Source: a virus
Taxonomy: Duplodnaviria > Heunggongvirae > Uroviricota > Caudoviricetes
IMG/VR virus record: IMGVR_UViG_2667527789_000018
Span: 1-31,427 of that record
DNA: 31,427 nucleotides
Reading direction: 5' to 3' (one strand)
A program made the translations under genes and the position numbers. Under the pieces are notes generated by a model. The model was not told the origin of the DNA. It searched no databases and worked only from the letters and a program-made list of their open reading frames with translations. Each line of letters starts with the position of its first letter. Position 1 is the first letter of the stretch. Below, one piece after another: positions 1-8,083 of the stretch.

Positions 1-1011
1 TTATAACGTCACTCCGCCTTTTAGTGGATTCAGAGCGACGGCATTTTGCAGATAGTCAGGCGCAAGGTGCGCATAGGCCATCGTCTGCTGAATGCTCGCA
101 TGTCCCAGAATCTGTTGCAGTGCGATTATATTGCCCCCATTCATCATGAAATGGCTTGCGAATGTATGCCGCAGGATGTGGGTTGCCTGATTGGGTGGTA
201 TATCAGGTTTCACTCTGCGTAAAATCCCGCAAAATTTCTCATAATCAACTTTGAATAATTTGGCGCTGGCCTCCTCTTTAACTTTTTTCTCCAGTTCCTC
301 AGAAATCGGCACGGTTCGCTTTTTACCGTTTTTGGTTTTCAGGAAGGTAACCCTGCAATTTGTAATCTGTGCTGGTTTTAGCGTGGCAACTTCCGTCCAT
401 CTTCCTCCAGTGCTCAGACATAAAAGCGCGACAAGTAAGTCATCACCAGCCAAAACATTTAACAGTTTTTCGATTTCTGCTTTTTCCAGGAACGTCATTT
501 CAGGGTTGGCCTCCGCCAGTGGCGGCAGTCCGTGAATTGGGTGTTGCCCGGAAAATTCATCCAATTGAATTAATTTTGTGAACATGCCGGATAATCTGTA
601 CATGTCACGGTTTATCGTTGAGGCACTGATACCATCACGTAGTCGCATGGAACGATAATCCATCAAAGCCCTTTTGCTCATCCTGCTCACTGGTATATCA
701 CCTATGCCGCTGATGGTTTTGAGTAGATGATTAAACTCTTTTGTTCCATGCTCGTGGTTTTGCCCGTGATATTTCCACCAGATGTCCAGCAACTCACTCA
801 AAGTCCGGCGGTCTGCTCGCTGGCCTCCCCATTCTTTCTGACTGGCATTGGCGATTGTGTATCGCTCAAATGCTAGTGCTTCAGCTTTTCTTTCGAATTT
901 CCTGCGGATGCGTTTTCCGTCGCGACCGCGAGGTCTAATGTCCACTTCATAGCGACCATCATCGAGCTTCTTAATTGCCATAAGAAAGCCCTCCGGCGCT
1001 GTATTCACCAT
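1..1011 (-). CDS. int: tyrosine integrase (P2 Int family)
   Basis: 336-aa ORF ending at a TAA whose complement is bases 1-3; C-terminal tyrosine-recombinase-like region (HILRHTFASH...GHASIQQTMAYAHL); located at prophage end beside repressor. An alternative ATG at 981 (MAIKKLDDGRYEV) has a better SD (GGAGGG), so the true start may be 981. Confidence 0.9.
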   Translation of the reverse strand: MVNTAPEGFLMAIKKLDDGRYEVDIRPRGRDGKRIRRKFERKAEALAFERYTIANASQKEWGGQRADRRTLSELLDIWWKYHGQNHEHGTKEFNHLLKTISGIGDIPVSRMSKRALMDYRSMRLRDGISASTINRDMYRLSGMFTKLIQLDEFSGQHPIHGLPPLAEANPEMTFLEKAEIEKLLNVLAGDDLLVALLCLSTGGRWTEVATLKPAQITNCRVTFLKTKNGKKRTVPISEELEKKVKEEASAKLFKVDYEKFCGILRRVKPDIPPNQATHILRHTFASHFMMNGGNIIALQQILGHASIQQTMAYAHLAPDYLQNAVALNPLKGGVTL

Positions 1012-1050
1012 CTTGGTAGCAAATGGTGAAAATGTAATCTTTATATAGAG

Positions 1051-1344
1051 TTAGCCAATCCTTTTCGCGGAGTGGTTGGACTCTGTTGACTCTGGCCCAA
1101 TGTGCGCGAGAGCCGGTGCGATTTGTCCTGCGTCCGGCGCGGTTTTATCTGTCATAAGCCATAGAGCATATTTTTGGAATGTGGGATGCATAGTGATTTT
1201 TAGCAAAGCTGTGCCACCGGGTTCAAAGTTTCCTCCTTCATATTTTTTAAGTGTGCTTAGCGGTAACTCTATGATTTCACAGAATTTTGATTGGCTTAGC
1301 CCTTCAGCCTCACGCAAGGCCTTAATCTTTTCGCTTAATTTCAT
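1051..1344 (-). CDS. C: immunity repressor, P2 C-like HTH protein
   Basis: 97-aa ORF with N-terminal HTH-like segment (LSQSKFCEIIELPLSTLKKY); divergent from the early operon, directly upstream of int as in P2. Confidence 0.85.
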   Translation of the reverse strand: MKLSEKIKALREAEGLSQSKFCEIIELPLSTLKKYEGGNFEPGGTALLKITMHPTFQKYALWLMTDKTAPDAGQIAPALAHIGPESTESNHSAKRIG

Positions 1345-1465
1345 TTGACATGGTGCCTATATAGGGACTAAATTCCCTCAAAACTGGAACCTATATAGGT
1401 TCCATTGATTTGAGAATAAACCAGCGTCTAAACGGTTTTGAGTGGTTTAGAAAGGGCTGGATCCT
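1345..1465. promoter_or_regulatory. immunity switch region: divergent early/repressor promoters with two palindromic operator-like sites
   Basis: TTGACA at 1345-1350; palindrome CCTATATAGG at 1356-1365 and again at 1390-1399, the second embedded in a perfect 18-bp palindrome GGAACCTATATAGGTTCC (1386-1403); sits between divergent C and cox. Confidence 0.6.
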
Positions 1466-1753
1466 ATGAGGGTACCATATATGGACGCTGAAAATTATGT
1501 GATTCAGTATCCGCTTGATGCGGTTCATGTGGATAAATTTGCTGATTTATTAGGGAAGCCAAAGACAGCCGTCAGTGAAATGGTGAAGGCAAATAAATTA
1601 CCAATTATTGAATTGCGTGATCCTTGCAAACCGAAGGCTCGTGCCGGTGAAAAATGGGTTTTCATTCCTGAGTTTAATCGCGCTGTACGTGAGGCGTTTT
1701 ATAACCGACCGGTTGAACAGCGTGATGCATGGCTTTTGTGGATGGGGTTGTGA
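1466..1753 (+). CDS. cox: Cox-like excisionase / early transcriptional regulator
   Basis: 95-aa first gene of rightward early operon; C-terminus RDAWLLWMGL resembles what I recall of P2 Cox; position identical to P2 cox. Confidence 0.7.
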   Translation: MRVPYMDAENYVIQYPLDAVHVDKFADLLGKPKTAVSEMVKANKLPIIELRDPCKPKARAGEKWVFIPEFNRAVREAFYNRPVEQRDAWLLWMGL

Positions 1754-1755
1754 TT

Positions 1756-1926
1756 ATGAATGAGCCGCGTTGTATTGCTCAGTTATTGCGTAACGAAAGC
1801 CCCAGGGCGATTGACTTCACCATCACCCACGGGAAGGGGCGCAAGGGAATCATTATCCGCACCAAAAAACAGAGTCCGTTAAAAAAGGCTCTGACCTTTC
1901 TGAAAAGCCGGAGGGCCTGGAAATGA
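1756..1926 (+). CDS. small early-operon protein (P2 orf78 position)
   Basis: ATG at 1756 three nt after cox stop; 56 aa; ends with ATGA overlap into next gene. The longer tracked ORF 1729-1926 overlaps cox. Confidence 0.5.
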   Translation: MNEPRCIAQLLRNESPRAIDFTITHGKGRKGIIIRTKKQSPLKKALTFLKSRRAWK

Positions 1927-2423
1927 CAGTGATGACGCTCAATCTCGTTGAAAAACAGCCAGCAGCTATGCGCCGGATAATTGGTAAGCATCTTGCCGTT
2001 CCTCGCTGGCAGGATACATGTGATTATTATAATCAGATGATGGAGCGCGAACGGCTAACAGTTTGCTTTCATGCGCAGTTAAAACAACGTCACGCAACGA
2101 TGCGTTTTGAAGAAATGAACGACGTCGAACGTGAACGGCTGGTTTGTGCAATTGATGAATTGCGTGGGGCATTCTCAAAACGCCGTCAGGTTGGCGCAAG
2201 TGAGTATGCATATATTAGTTTTTTAACAGTCAGTCAGCGTCGTACTTTATTTATGCATGCCGGATTGACTGAAAAAGAATTCAACCAGCCATACTGGCGA
2301 ATTAATGAAGAGTCATGTTACTGGCGTGATGCTTTATTTCGTGCATTACGTGAATTATTCAGCCTGTTTGAGTATGCACCGACAATTCTGACGTCGGTAA
2401 AACCAGAGCAATATCTGCATTAA
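1923..2423 (+). CDS. B: P2 gpB-like replication accessory protein (putative)
   Basis: 166 aa, the length I recall for P2 B; position cox-orf78-B; start codon overlaps previous stop (ATGA). Confidence 0.55.
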   Translation: MTVMTLNLVEKQPAAMRRIIGKHLAVPRWQDTCDYYNQMMERERLTVCFHAQLKQRHATMRFEEMNDVERERLVCAIDELRGAFSKRRQVGASEYAYISFLTVSQRRTLFMHAGLTEKEFNQPYWRINEESCYWRDALFRALRELFSLFEYAPTILTSVKPEQYLH

Positions 2424-2444
2424 GTAATTAACCAGAGTTTTTAA

Positions 2445-2472
2445 CGCACTTAATCGTGCGGGGCTTCTTTTT
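2445..2472 (+). terminator. weak hairpin plus T-tract after B (possible partial terminator)
   Basis: CGCAC-TTAATC-GTGCG stem-loop (2445-2460) followed by GGGCTTCTTTTT; short stem, so low confidence. Confidence 0.25.
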
Positions 2473-2486
2473 GCCTGGAGAAAGTT

Positions 2487-2711
2487 ATGCATACAGTTTC
2501 TGAAAATCAGTGCGGTATATACGCATTACTGCTGCAACAGGCCAGAACCGAAGCACAGGCCGACGCTGCGACGCGCTTTTCTTCTCATCTTGATGCCATG
2601 ATTCGCCACATCACAAAGGCGGAGTTATCCCGCGTGGAGATAGTCGAGCTGCTCAGTCAGGAGTCGGAAAAATTTCACAATATCGGATTGTCTCGCGGGG
2701 AGGTGCTTTGA
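2487..2711 (+). CDS. hypothetical early protein (P2 orf80 position)
   Basis: 74-aa ORF with strong SD (GGAGAAAG) 5 nt upstream of ATG 2487; stop overlaps next start (TGATG). Confidence 0.65.
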
Positions 2712-3013
2712 TGTCCTGTTCTCGTTCAGTTGTATTATTGAATAACGCCTTAAAAATCGCCGTTATGAAAAATGGCGATTTGTCTCTTATTCAACTTGGT
2801 CTTGATAAAGAAAAACGCGAAATAACTGAGTCTGTTATCGCGATTTATCAGAACGAATTAAACCTCCTGTCTGATGTGGTCAATTTACTTGTTAAACGCG
2901 CTGTGTTTCACAAGCAAATCTCCTCCGTGGATGAACTGACGAAATTAACGGCAGAAATCGCCAGCTATTGCGCTGATGAATTTAAAAACCTTAACGACAA
3001 AAGGAACTGGTAA
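2711..3013 (+). CDS. hypothetical early protein (P2 orf81 position)
   Basis: ATG at 2711 overlapping upstream stop; about 100 aa; stop overlaps next start (TAATG). Tracked ORF starts at TTG 2708. Confidence 0.65.
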   Translation: MSCSRSVVLLNNALKIAVMKNGDLSLIQLGLDKEKREITESVIAIYQNELNLLSDVVNLLVKRAVFHKQISSVDELTKLTAEIASYCADEFKNLNDKRNW

Positions 3014-3237
3014 TGCCGGACAACGTAGATTTTATTCAGGAACAACAGGCTGAATTACTGGAGCGCCAGATTAACGCGGCAAGGGTAAAACATTGCGGTG
3101 CTTCTGCGCTGGTTTGCGAAGAGTGTGACGCGCCAATACCTGCTGCCCGTCGTGCGGCTTATCCGTCAGCCACGCGTTGTGTTTCCTGTCAGTCAGTCTT
3201 TGAAGCAAAAAACAAACATTACCGGAGAACGGCATGA
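3013..3237 (+). CDS. TraR/DksA-family C4 zinc-finger protein (P2 orf82 position)
   Basis: 74 aa with CEEC-x17-CVSC four-cysteine motif typical of phage TraR/DksA-like zinc fingers. Confidence 0.75.
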   Translation: MPDNVDFIQEQQAELLERQINAARVKHCGASALVCEECDAPIPAARRAAYPSATRCVSCQSVFEAKNKHYRRTA

Positions 3238-3509
3238 GTATTCGTATTGAAATTGGCGAACGTTATGTCGTTACCAGTGACAGCTTTCAGTTTATTCTCC
3301 ACGAGAAAAAGAGAGCGGAAAGCGGTAAAAACGCCGGTCAGGAATGGCTGGCGGTGGTTGGTTATTACCCGAAATTAAGCCAGCTCGTTTCCGGCCTGAT
3401 GCATCACGATATTCTGACCGGAAGCGCAAAATCTTTTGCCGATTTAAACGCGCAGGTTGAGCAACTCAGCAAGCGTTGTTCAAAGGCTTTTGGCTCACAT
3501 GGCCGTTAA
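3234..3509 (+). CDS. hypothetical early protein (P2 orf83 position)
   Basis: 91-aa ORF; its stop overlaps the start of the replication gene (ATGGCCGTTAA). Confidence 0.6.
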   Translation: MSIRIEIGERYVVTSDSFQFILHEKKRAESGKNAGQEWLAVVGYYPKLSQLVSGLMHHDILTGSAKSFADLNAQVEQLSKRCSKAFGSHGR

Positions 3510-5784
3510 AGCCTCCGGGCGTTTTGTCCCTCCGTCAGCATTTGCCGCAGGCACCGGTAAGGCGTTTACTGGTGCTTATGCATGGAACGCGCCACGCGAG
3601 GCTGTCGGGCGCGAAAGACCCCTTACACGTGACGAGATGCGTCAGGTGCAAGGTGTTTTATTCACGATTAACCGCCTGCCTTACTTTTTGCGCTCGCTGT
3701 TTACTTCACGCTATGACTACATCCGGCGCAATAAAAGCCCGGTGCACGGGTTTTATTTCCTCACATCCACTTTTCAGCGTCGTTTATGGCCGCGCATTGA
3801 GCGCGTGAATCAGCGCCATGAAATGAACACCGACGCGTCGTTGCTGTTTCTGGCAGAGCGTGACCATTATGCGCGTCTGCCGGGGATGAATGACAAGGAA
3901 CTGAAAAAGTTTGCCGCCCGTATCTCATCGCAGCTTTTCATGATGTATGAGGAACTCTGCGATGCATGGGTTGATGCACATGGCGAGAAAGAATCGCTGT
4001 TTACGGATGAGGCTCAGGCGCATCTGTATGGTCATGTTGCTGGCGCTGCACGAGCTTTCAATATTTCCCCTCTCTACTGGAAAAAATACCGTAAAGGACA
4101 GATGACCACGAGGCAGGCATATTCTGCCATTGCCCGTCTGTTTAACGATGAGTGGTGGACTCATCAGCTTAAAGGTCAGCGTATGCGCTGGCATGAGGCG
4201 TTACTGATTGCTGTCGGGGAGGTGAATAAAGACCGTTCTCCTTATGCCAGTAAACATGCCATTCGTGATGTGCGTGCGCGCCGCCAGGCAAATCTGGAAT
4301 TTCTTAAATCGTGTGACCTTGAAAACAGGGAAACCGGCGAGCGCATCGACCTTATCAGTAAGGTGATGGGAAGTATTTCTAATCCTGAAATTCGCCGGAT
4401 GGAGCTGATGAACACCATTGCCGGTATTGAGCGTTACGCCGCCGCAGAGGGTGATGTGGGGATGTTTATCACGCTGACCGCGCCGTCAAAGTATCACCCG
4501 ACACGTCAGGTCGGAAAAGGCGAAAGTAAAACCGTCCAGCTAAATCACGGCTGGAACGATGAGGCATTTAATCCAAAGGATGCGCAGCGTTATCTCTGCC
4601 GCATCTGGAGCCTGATGCGCACGGCATTCAAGGATAATGATTTACAGGTCTACGGTTTGCGTGTCGTCGAGCCACACCACGACGGAACGCCGCACTGGCA
4701 TATGATGCTTTTTTGTAATCCACGTCAGCGTAACCAGATTATCGAAACCATGCGTCGCTACGCGCTCAAAGAGGATGGCGACGAAAGAGGAGCCGAGCGA
4801 AACCGTTTTCAGGCGAAACACCTTAACCGGGGCGGTGCTGCGGGGTATATCGCGAAATACATTTCAAAAAATATCGACGGCTATGCACTGGATGGTCAGC
4901 TCGATAACGATACCGGCAGACCTCTGAAAGATACTGCCGCGGCTGTTACTGCATGGGCGTCAACGTGGCGCATCCCGCAATTTAAAACGGTTGGTCTGCC
5001 GACAATGGGGGCTTACCGTGAACTACGCAAATTGCCTCGCGGCGTCAGCATTGCTGATGAGTTTGACGAACGCGTCGAGGCTGCACGCGCTGCCGCAGAC
5101 AGTGGCGATTTTGCGTTGTATATCAGTGCGCAGGGTGGGGCAAATGTCCCGCGCGATTGTCAGACTGTCAGGGTCGCCCGTAGTCCGTCGGATGAAGTTA
5201 ACGAGTACGAGGAAGAAGTCGAGAGAGTGGTCGGCATTTACGCGCCGCATCTCGGCGCGCGTCATATTCATATCACCAGAACGACGGACTGGCGCATTGT
5301 TCCGAAAGTGCCGGTCGTTGAGCCTTTGACTTTAAAAAGCGGCATCGCCGCGCCTCGGAGTCCTGTCAATAACTGTGGAATGCTCACCGGTGGTGATACT
5401 TCGTTACCGGCTCCCACACCTTCTGAGCACGCCGCAGCAGTGCTTAATCTGGTTGATGACGGAGTTATCGAATGGAATGAGCCGGAGGTCGTGAGGGCGC
5501 TCAGGGGCGCATTAAAACACGGCCTGAGAACACCTAATCGTCAGCAAAGAAACGGAAGCCCGTTAAAACAGCATGAAATAGCGCCATCGGCCAGACTGAC
5601 CCGGTCGGAACGAATGCAAATCACCCGTATCCGTGTTGACCTTGCTCAGAACGGTATCAGGCCGCAGCGATGGGAGCTTGAGGCGCTGGCGCGTGGCGCG
5701 ACCGTAAATTATGACGGGAAAAAATTCACGTATCCGGTCGCTGATGAGTGGCCGGGATTCTCAACGGTAATGGAGTGGATATAA
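3499..5784 (+). CDS. A: rolling-circle replication initiator endonuclease gpA
   Basis: First ATG at 3499 (MAVKASGRF) gives 761 aa, the P2 A length I recall; HUH-type motif HWHMMLF and tandem-tyrosine motif YIAKYISK seen in the translation. The tracked ORF begins at an upstream TTG (3457). Confidence 0.9.
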   Translation: MAVKASGRFVPPSAFAAGTGKAFTGAYAWNAPREAVGRERPLTRDEMRQVQGVLFTINRLPYFLRSLFTSRYDYIRRNKSPVHGFYFLTSTFQRRLWPRIERVNQRHEMNTDASLLFLAERDHYARLPGMNDKELKKFAARISSQLFMMYEELCDAWVDAHGEKESLFTDEAQAHLYGHVAGAARAFNISPLYWKKYRKGQMTTRQAYSAIARLFNDEWWTHQLKGQRMRWHEALLIAVGEVNKDRSPYASKHAIRDVRARRQANLEFLKSCDLENRETGERIDLISKVMGSISNPEIRRMELMNTIAGIERYAAAEGDVGMFITLTAPSKYHPTRQVGKGESKTVQLNHGWNDEAFNPKDAQRYLCRIWSLMRTAFKDNDLQVYGLRVVEPHHDGTPHWHMMLFCNPRQRNQIIETMRRYALKEDGDERGAERNRFQAKHLNRGGAAGYIAKYISKNIDGYALDGQLDNDTGRPLKDTAAAVTAWASTWRIPQFKTVGLPTMGAYRELRKLPRGVSIADEFDERVEAARAAADSGDFALYISAQGGANVPRDCQTVRVARSPSDEVNEYEEEVERVVGIYAPHLGARHIHITRTTDWRIVPKVPVVEPLTLKSGIAAPRSPVNNCGMLTGGDTSLPAPTPSEHAAAVLNLVDDGVIEWNEPEVVRALRGALKHGLRTPNRQQRNGSPLKQHEIAPSARLTRSERMQITRIRVDLAQNGIRPQRWELEALARGATVNYDGKKFTYPVADEWPGFSTVMEWI

Positions 5785-5895
5785 TGGCAAAAATTCACGA
5801 GATCTTAGATAGTTTCGTACTGTATATATTTAGTTGTTACTTGCAGTTTGGTATTGTTTGCCATGGTTGTTTGTTAAGTGCTTTAAAGGTGAGGA

Positions 5896-7734
5896 ATGAG
5901 CGAGTTCGATGTTTTTTCTATTTCAGTTGATGATTTTAAAAAAAGTGAGTACGCCAGTATATTGTTACCACCAAGAAGCCATTCTTATTTTGAAATGGAA
6001 TCTTATTTTTTTCAGTTGTTGTCATTTTATAAGCAAAAAAAAGATGTGAGTTCTTGGAGGGTTTGCTATTTATTACGTTCGTTATTTAGTTTAAAATTTT
6101 CTAAGTCTGGTGATATTATCGACTTTGAGTCTAAAATCATTCTCTATCCTAAGCGAGGTTATAGACCTTCAGATTACAAGGATAATTATTTAACCATATT
6201 AACTTGTATTAAAGAAAATACTGACAACCCTTATATTATATCTAGGGTGTGTGATGTTTTATGGATAAATAACCGTAAGGATATAGATTCTGCTAATAAA
6301 GCAATAGAGTCATATGCTCTAATGATTAATGATGCTTGTGATACTTTGTTAGAAAAAAAGGAATCAGGTGACATCCATGTTTTTGATGTCGTTGACTGCT
6401 TGGATAGAGGTATTACAATATCGCGCATGCTTATTGGCAGGAAAAAACAACTGCAAGGAGGGATAGTTGACTCGACGTTAAGGCTATATCATATATTAAT
6501 AGATTCTAGTATATTTATCGGTGTTTTAAGAATTTCTGAAATTCTTTATAAGAATAATTTATTGTGCCCCTTACAATTGGCTAAGAATGCAGAAAAGATA
6601 GCTGATGAGCATTGTGGAGCTTCTTATTTTGATGCTGTGAAAAAATTGTTTTATTTTGCGTCTGAATTATATGTTAAAAATGATATGGAAGAGCAAGGAA
6701 GAAGGTGCAAAATGAAAGCGACAGAAATAACATTGGCTCAATTTGAACAGTCTTCATCTCCAACATTGAAGGCTCATTGGCTAAGAGTTGCTCTTGGGGA
6801 ATTTAGAGCGATTGGTGGAATGAGTGAAAGGATTAAAGAGATTAAAGAGGAATTAAATTCTATTCGAGATCAAATCAATGATGAAATGTATTCCTTTGCA
6901 ATACCAATGGATCTTAGTGATGTTATCGCTCAGAAAGAGCATATTTATAATCAATTAAATTTCTCAGAAATAATTAAAAAATTAATCTCTAGATTTAAGG
7001 TTGTAAGTGCCAGTGAGATTATGGAAAGAGCTCGCTCTGATGCTAAGAGATATTTTTTTGTTAATGTGAGTGATACGGTTTTTTATGATGACAGAGGACG
7101 CGTTGTGGCAAGGCAACCACCTTTAGATTCTGCTGGGGATATAAGTCTAGATGATGCCTGTGTAAATTATTTAAGAACTAGTAATATTGAGCATCAGTTT
7201 TATGTTTATGGTGAGTTTGAAGTTGTTAGGCAAAGAGTGTTGTCTAGGTATTCATTAAATGAGAATACATTTGACCCAATCTCACAACAAAGTCTATTTG
7301 TTCCTCCTGGGTATGCGGAAATATTTTCTTTAGGATTTCTTAAGCTTTGGCAGGGGGATTATGTGTCTGCCTGTTATTTGTTGTTGCCGCAGTTGGAGAA
7401 TTCAATTAGATGGATTTTAGAATTAAGAAGAAAAGAAACAACGAAAATAGATGTGTCACTTTTTGAGGAGGCTACTAGTCTATCTCAAATGCTTGCAAAT
7501 TATAAGAGTGAAATGGAAGGTATTTTTGGGAGTGATCATGTATTGACTATGGATTTATTGTTCAATATGAAAGGTGGTGCTGCAATTAGACACACGATGG
7601 CTCATGGCAGGTATACTGTAAATCATTGTTATCAACCAACTTCAGTTTTTGCCTGTGTCTTTATCTTTTATTTAACTTGTTTGCCTTTATTTAGTGTATG
7701 GGAAGATAAAGTTGAACCTTATCTGACTGATTAA
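5896..7734 (+). CDS. AT-rich accessory (cargo) protein of unknown function, 612 aa; candidate anti-phage defence protein
   Basis: ATG 5896 preceded by AGGTGAGGA; about 32% G+C in a 60-nt sample versus about 57% in phage genes; occupies the tin/old position of P2; no P-loop; C-terminal R-x4-H motif (AIRHTMAHGRY). Confidence 0.8.
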   Translation: MSEFDVFSISVDDFKKSEYASILLPPRSHSYFEMESYFFQLLSFYKQKKDVSSWRVCYLLRSLFSLKFSKSGDIIDFESKIILYPKRGYRPSDYKDNYLTILTCIKENTDNPYIISRVCDVLWINNRKDIDSANKAIESYALMINDACDTLLEKKESGDIHVFDVVDCLDRGITISRMLIGRKKQLQGGIVDSTLRLYHILIDSSIFIGVLRISEILYKNNLLCPLQLAKNAEKIADEHCGASYFDAVKKLFYFASELYVKNDMEEQGRRCKMKATEITLAQFEQSSSPTLKAHWLRVALGEFRAIGGMSERIKEIKEELNSIRDQINDEMYSFAIPMDLSDVIAQKEHIYNQLNFSEIIKKLISRFKVVSASEIMERARSDAKRYFFVNVSDTVFYDDRGRVVARQPPLDSAGDISLDDACVNYLRTSNIEHQFYVYGEFEVVRQRVLSRYSLNENTFDPISQQSLFVPPGYAEIFSLGFLKLWQGDYVSACYLLLPQLENSIRWILELRRKETTKIDVSLFEEATSLSQMLANYKSEMEGIFGSDHVLTMDLLFNMKGGAAIRHTMAHGRYTVNHCYQPTSVFACVFIFYLTCLPLFSVWEDKVEPYLTD

Positions 7735-7895
7735 TGGAAGTTGATTTAGGTATTTTGGCATTTATCTTTCTGCGTGCAATATGTGCATGGTTTTGCATGT
7801 GCCGGAGTTGCATGTTCCGGCCGTGCGTCCGCCAGAACGGGCGTGGCTCAAAAGCGGTATTGCACCTGCATTAAAAACACCCCATGAAGCGGGCG

Positions 7896-7914
7896 GGCGA
7901 GGCGGGGAAAGCAC
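7896..7914. other. cos: cos cohesive-end sequence (P2-type 19-nt overhang)
   Basis: GGCGAGGCGGGGAAAGCAC at 7896-7914 matches the P2 cohesive-end sequence as I remember it; lies 170 bp from the portal gene stop, where P2 cos is expected. Confidence 0.6.
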
Positions 7915-8083
7915 TGCGCGCTGGCGGTGGTGCTGATTTTATTTTTTCAGCGTCTGAGCGCGTCGTGACGGCGTTTAGATTGTTCGCCGGGGCGTTGGAG
8001 TGTCTGCGGGGTGTTTTGTGCGGTGGTGAGCGTGTGAGGGCGTGATGACGGGGTGTAAAAAAGCCGCCCGCAGGCGGCGATGT

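Noticed and set aside
981-1011. N-terminal 10 codons of the integrase ORF upstream of the SD-supported ATG at 981
   Set aside because: Not rejected as coding, but the 1011 start lacks an SD whereas 981 has GGAGGG; the true start is left uncertain rather than called.
5748-5930. 60-aa ORF bridging the end of A and the start of the 612-aa cargo gene
   Set aside because: Overlaps the 3' end of A and the SD and start of the cargo gene; hydrophobic low-complexity translation of AT-rich intergenic DNA; more likely promoter region than a gene.
5896-7734. Possibility that the 612-aa cargo protein is the P2 Old nuclease or Tin
   Set aside because: Old is a P-loop ATPase with a TOPRIM domain; no GxxxxGK[ST] motif is present in the translation, and the size and composition do not match Tin as I recall it. 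It is therefore treated as a different, unassigned cargo protein.
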